Below are positions 59,516 through 64,000 of a stretch of DNA of 64,000 nucleotides, in pieces. The notes under the pieces were generated by a model that saw only the letters and a list, made by a program, of their open reading frames with translations, did not search any database and was not told where the DNA came from. Both the position numbers and the translations under genes were made by a program. The stretch's first letter is position 1. Each line of letters starts with the position of its first letter. Source of the DNA: Zygnema circumcarinatum SAG 698-1b (taxonomy: Eukaryota > Plantae > Zygnematophyceae); assembly GCA_037447605.1 (NCBI GenBank), contig CM074804.1:6239909-6303908 (forward strand), written 5' to 3'.

Positions 59516-62500
59516 CTACGTCCCTGAGGGCGCATCTCCGCCTAATAACGGATTTCTTGGCAGGTCTTTCTTCGGGATGCCATCAACTGATCTTCTGCCA
59601 ATCCCCGGCAGGGTGAGGTAGCTGGAGGCAGGTGACGAGATAATGTGGTAGCTGCCTGCTGCCTGCGACGTCAGGGATTCAGTATCGGCGCAATCTGCGA
59701 CCTCCATACGCTCCAAGGCCTTGGCTGCTTCACCATGCCAATTGGTGAAGAAGAGGACGATAGTGGCCAGCACCACCACCTGAGTCCCTTGCCTGTATGC
59801 ACGCAGGGCATGACGAGGATCTCAGCCTCTGCTTTCTGGCGTCCAAGAATGAAACGCGTGATTGGCTGAAAGCATTGAGGCTGGTCAGAGTGCCTGAGAG
59901 TTCGAGTCAAGATACATAGGAATCGACAATCATCAACATTCCGATGGCAACCATACAAGTCAATTCGTGTAACCGAGGGTGTTGACGCCACTGACCCGCA
60001 CATAAGGCCCCACCAGAGCCCGAACGAGCCAAACCCAGCTTTGAAAGCCAAGAGAAAGGCACCCGGTAGACCAATGATATAGTACGCAGCAAGATTCACT
60101 ATAGCCCCCAATCGCTGATGGCCAATGCCACGGATTGATCCTGCACTCGCCAAAAGCAACCATGTCGTTAGAGCTGCTGAAACTACCCTCTCTCCACCAA
60201 ATGAACGAGAGGTGCAGGGAAAATTGCAGCTGCCGTCTGACGGGTTCGCAGAGAAGGACGACGCTGCACCTGCGTTGATGCCCGTGAAGCCGTCGGCGAG
60301 GCATATCCAGGCGATGAAGGGCATCATGGAGCTGACGAGGTCCAGCACCTCCACATCGCCGATGAACACGGAGGCCCACTGCCGGCGGAAGGCGATCAGC
60401 AGCACGAAGGTGGTGCCGGAGGTCAACACAATGAGGGAGTACGAGACTCGGGTGGCGAATCTTGCGGCACTGGCATTGCCTGCTCCGAGCTCATTGGAAA
60501 CACGTGTACTTACAGCAGCACTGCACGCCAAGCCCAAAATACTCCCTTAAATAGTTCAGTGTCCTCAAGCCCCCGCTACAGCCACATCCGCTGCCCAACT
60601 TCCACACTTGTTTTCCTTCTGTTCCCCTTGCATCGAAACTTGGAAAAGAAGAAGTCGCAACCTAAAGTGCACACTGAAAAATAAAATATTTTTACGCACG
60701 TCTTACTTGCGCCTATTCCAGCGGAATCTTCCCTGAAATAGAGGCAGTGGCTCCTACCTTATGCCATAGGGCACCATCCATGACAGAGTGACTGTGTTAA
60801 AACCGATTGAAAAAGCGGAGACCTGAAGCTCGGGATCTGGCAGCATGCCTGAAAATAACACATTCACCTGCGCCGACAGTCCCACCATCAGCATCGCCTG
60901 CCAGAAATAAGCTTTTAGCCAATGGCAACATCTCTCCTGTGGTTGCAGAGAGCCGGGGTCCGCCCCACCTCAAAGCACCAGTACTCGAGGCAGATCATGA
61001 TCGCCGAGGGAATGGCCAGCTTGAAGAAGGCCCACAGAAACTCTGGCTGGAAGGCTGCCCAGCTCCATCCTGTCCAAGTCTCGTTGAACCTGGGAAGGCC
61101 GGAGAAACGCAAATATGCGGCTAGCAGCAGCGCGTTCAGACACCTGCAGACCCCCCAATCTGCCGCTGGTCAGCACTCTTGCTGATTGGCGCTCTCACAG
61201 CAGCGGGGGGTCCAAAGCGGAGCATACCATGAAATAGACGAGCCTATGGCGGCCCCGAGAAAGCCCAGACCAAGAGGCCAGATAAGCAGGTACGTGAGCG
61301 GCACGTGCACGCCGAGAGCGATGAGCTGGCACCATGCCAAGGGAGCTGTTTCGTTCTGACTCTGAACAGCATCCGCCCCCCCCCTGTCTATCGTGCATGA
61401 GCAAGCGGAACTCCATGCCACTGTAGCCCCCAGCATGCTGAGACTTCTCGGTACAGACCTGGTAGAATTTGATAAGAGGCTGAATGACGGCAGAGGCGAA
61501 CAGGCTCGGAAGCAAGCAGCGCGCATACAGGCCTGCTCCCCCCGCCTCCCCGCCCCCAACCAATATATCACAGCTTGAACCCCCGCCCATCTCCTCCCCC
61601 ACCTCTGAAAGCAGCAGGGCGCCCACCTGCCATGTGAGCAATGGCTCCGTCCTGGCCCAGAACCACGAGCACGGGCTCCAAGCGCCACCAGAAGCAGGCG
61701 ACCGACACGGAGAAGCCCACCAGCACGAGCATGGCGCTCTGTGTAAATTGTCCGATCTGTGAAAAAACCTCCAAGGTGGGTTATCTAATGATGAGTGGCA
61801 AAGGCCACATGGATGGGCATAAGTGAGTAATGGGGACAATAATGGAACCTGCTCAATTCCAATGCTATGCGTACAGTAATCGCGTTTGTTACCTGGCAAC
61901 TGGACCTTATTTTGGGAAAGACCAAACATCTCAGGTGCAAATGTTTGCAGAATGCATTACATGATGGAAACTGGGGAAGGATTGACCAAACTTCAGCAGA
62001 TGTATGGTTCTATACTTTCTTCTTCACCTAAGTGTAGCTCCGCTCGTCCTCATATATTGAATAATCGAGTAACACATAATCCAAGTAATCTAGCACTTAG
62101 AAACAAAGATTTAGCAGTTGACCTTACCAAATAGTACTGTTTGGCGCCATATGCCTGGCCACAGAAGGTTTCAAGAGCACTCGCTAAGGCAAGCTGCTCG
62201 CCCTCCATCCCCACCCCTCCCCAACTGCTCCTTCAGCGGCTTCTCGAATGCATCAGCATTTGCATTGTTTCGGCTTTACTTAAATCCAGTCCCAAAGCAT
62301 GCTTCTTGGCTTTACACCTCACCAGCATGATATGGCCCGTCAAGTTGACCATACTGGCACGATGTCACAACCGGCGAAGACGGGCCCGTGCACAACAACC
62401 ACAAGCCAAAGTCAGGCCTACTTTCAGGTCAAGTCAAGTGAAGCGAAATCAAAATGGATTCGAGTCATTCGAATGAAGGGAGAAACGAAGGGCAAACGAT

Positions 62501-63249
62501 GACACGCAATCATCATATGGCAATGAAAATACAAAGGAGGTGGAGAATCACACGTTGTGGCTAGAGAGGAAGCCGCCAACTCCAGCTTCCCAAGGTGCCC
62601 AACGTAGATGAGGGAGACAAGGTTCAGCATGTACTGCAGAATATTCATGCCCACCATTGGGCCTGCATGCACACGTATCTAAACTATCTTTAGGAACCCA
62701 ACCTCACAGTACATGCAGCGTGAATAACAAAGTTCGGGAAATCGTGTAAAATGCATACCTGCAAAAATGATTTGCTTTTTAGCCTCCTCCCAGGCAGCTG
62801 TCCGCCATGAGTCCTGACGATCCAAACAGAACTTTTAGAATGCCGTAGCTCAAGCGGCCTCATTTATACCAATTCCTCAGCCCCCAGACCCCTCCCCCTC
62901 TGCTTCACTCTAGCAATCAGTCTCTCGTCTCTCTCACAGTCGCAATTCAGCACAATCAAACAACTCTCTCCTTCCACTTGATTCCCCACCCTGCCATGAA
63001 ATGAAAATCAAGCTCCTTTTCCATGCAAGCGGAGCAGGCGGGACACCAAACAAGCTCCATGGAGCCCGTCAGCCGGACAAACCGTCGATCCGCCAAATGA
63101 GGTTGCAGATGCTTCAAACTCACTTCTGCCGCCGGGGAATGGCCCGCCTCCGCTGAGGCTGAAGTCGCCGCGGCCTCTTCCTCCCGCACCACCTCCACAT
63201 GCGCCGCTAGAAGAGGCGTAGCCGCGTCCGGCTCTGGTCCTCCCGCCAT
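59516..63249 (-). CDS. MATE (DTX-family) efflux transporter, multi-exon
   Basis: GPMVGMNILQYMLNLVSLIYVGHLGKLELAASSLAT, ASALETFCGQAYGAKQY, KLAIPSAIMICLEYWCFE, STRVSNELGAGNASAARFA, GSIRGIGHQRLGAIVNLAAYYIIGLP and TNWHGEAAKA. Confidence 0.93.
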
Positions 63250-63595
63250 GGCGCCCTCAGTCCCTCCCTGCCCGGGCGAGGCGCCGCGCACTCTCCCCAG
63301 CCCACAGCGGCCTTTTGGGCGCCCGTACGCCTGCCTGCCTCCGCCTGCCGACAGCCCCGACACTGCTGCCGTACGGTACTGCTGCGAGTGGTGACGTCAG
63401 CGCCGACCGGCCGCAAATTTCTGTTACCGTACGGTACTGAGGGCCGCCCGGCCGCCCGCCCGGCCGGGCCCGGGCCCCCCAGAAAGTCGCCGTGGACTCG
63501 CGCACGGGGCCAATCGCGGTGCGCCGTCGCGCGAGCGAACGAGAACGCCGCGACCACTCCGCGGCCGCCACGCCACAGTCGCAGGCTACGAGAAA

Positions 63596-63700
63596 AGCGT
63601 AAAACTGTAAACTGAAACGAACGCACGGAGTGCGGAGGCGCTACGGGCTCGACGACAGTACGGACGTCGACGTCAGCCTTTCCTGAGGTCAGATCTTCGA
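63596..63700. repeat. Dispersed promoter-proximal module, copy B (copy A at 26079-26213)
   Basis: Collinear similarity to 26079-26213. It lies about 350 bp upstream of the MATE ATG. Confidence 0.85.
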
Positions 63701-64000
63701 CATCCGCCGACCCCACCTTCGGGGTCCACGTGGCCTTTAGTCAATGCGCGTCGCGCGGGGTCAAGATGCCGCCCCGGGATCCTGCCCGCGGCGGCGCGGC
63801 ATAGACCCGCCCCCGAGCGTGCTGGGCGACGGCCCTTTCGTTCCGACGCTCAACTGGAACTGAGACGACACCTGCTGGAAAATTCCACAAAGCGCGGTGG
63901 AACTTCCGCGACAGTGCCGCCCGCCGAGAGCTGGGCCGTGCCGGGCCACTAAAAGGCTCGCTCGGGCGCGGGATCTAGGAAGGGAGAGGCTGTTGGTGAG

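Overview
Intron-rich, gene-dense eukaryotic DNA with plastid-related genes and plant-type orthologues. It is most likely a streptophyte green alga such as Klebsormidium (inference from gene content, intron size and GC pattern). Gene models were assembled by hand from GT/GC-AG sites and by recognising protein motifs from memory; no database search was run. Genes in order: 3' end of NUP160 (+), WDR48/UAF1 (+), a peroxisomal HIBYL-CoA hydrolase CHY1-like gene (-), a bacterial-type EcKL/APH-like phosphotransferase (+), SPCS3 (+), a TPR protein (-), ferredoxin FdC2 (+), a J-domain protein (+), ZPR1 (+), a very large multidomain kinase gene (+), the plastid ATP/ADP transporter NTT (-) and a MATE transporter (-). 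The most striking item is the gene at 44360-52374. Its exons splice in phase into RING finger + TRAF-type zinc fingers + coiled coil + RLCK-IX/Pelle(IRAK)-type kinase, probably followed by TPR and Sel1-like repeats, i.e. a TRAF-like E3 and an IRAK-like kinase in one polypeptide. Upstream of it (38.5-43.2 kb) is a stack of three DNA transposons: two nested PIF/Harbinger-superfamily-like elements with ATT target duplications (one carrying a Myb-like ORF) and an abutting Mutator-like element with a 9-bp TSD. Two non-coding modules recur upstream of unrelated genes, and several promoters carry G-box clusters. Two N gaps (40657-40756, 42037-42046) limit interpretation of the transposons.
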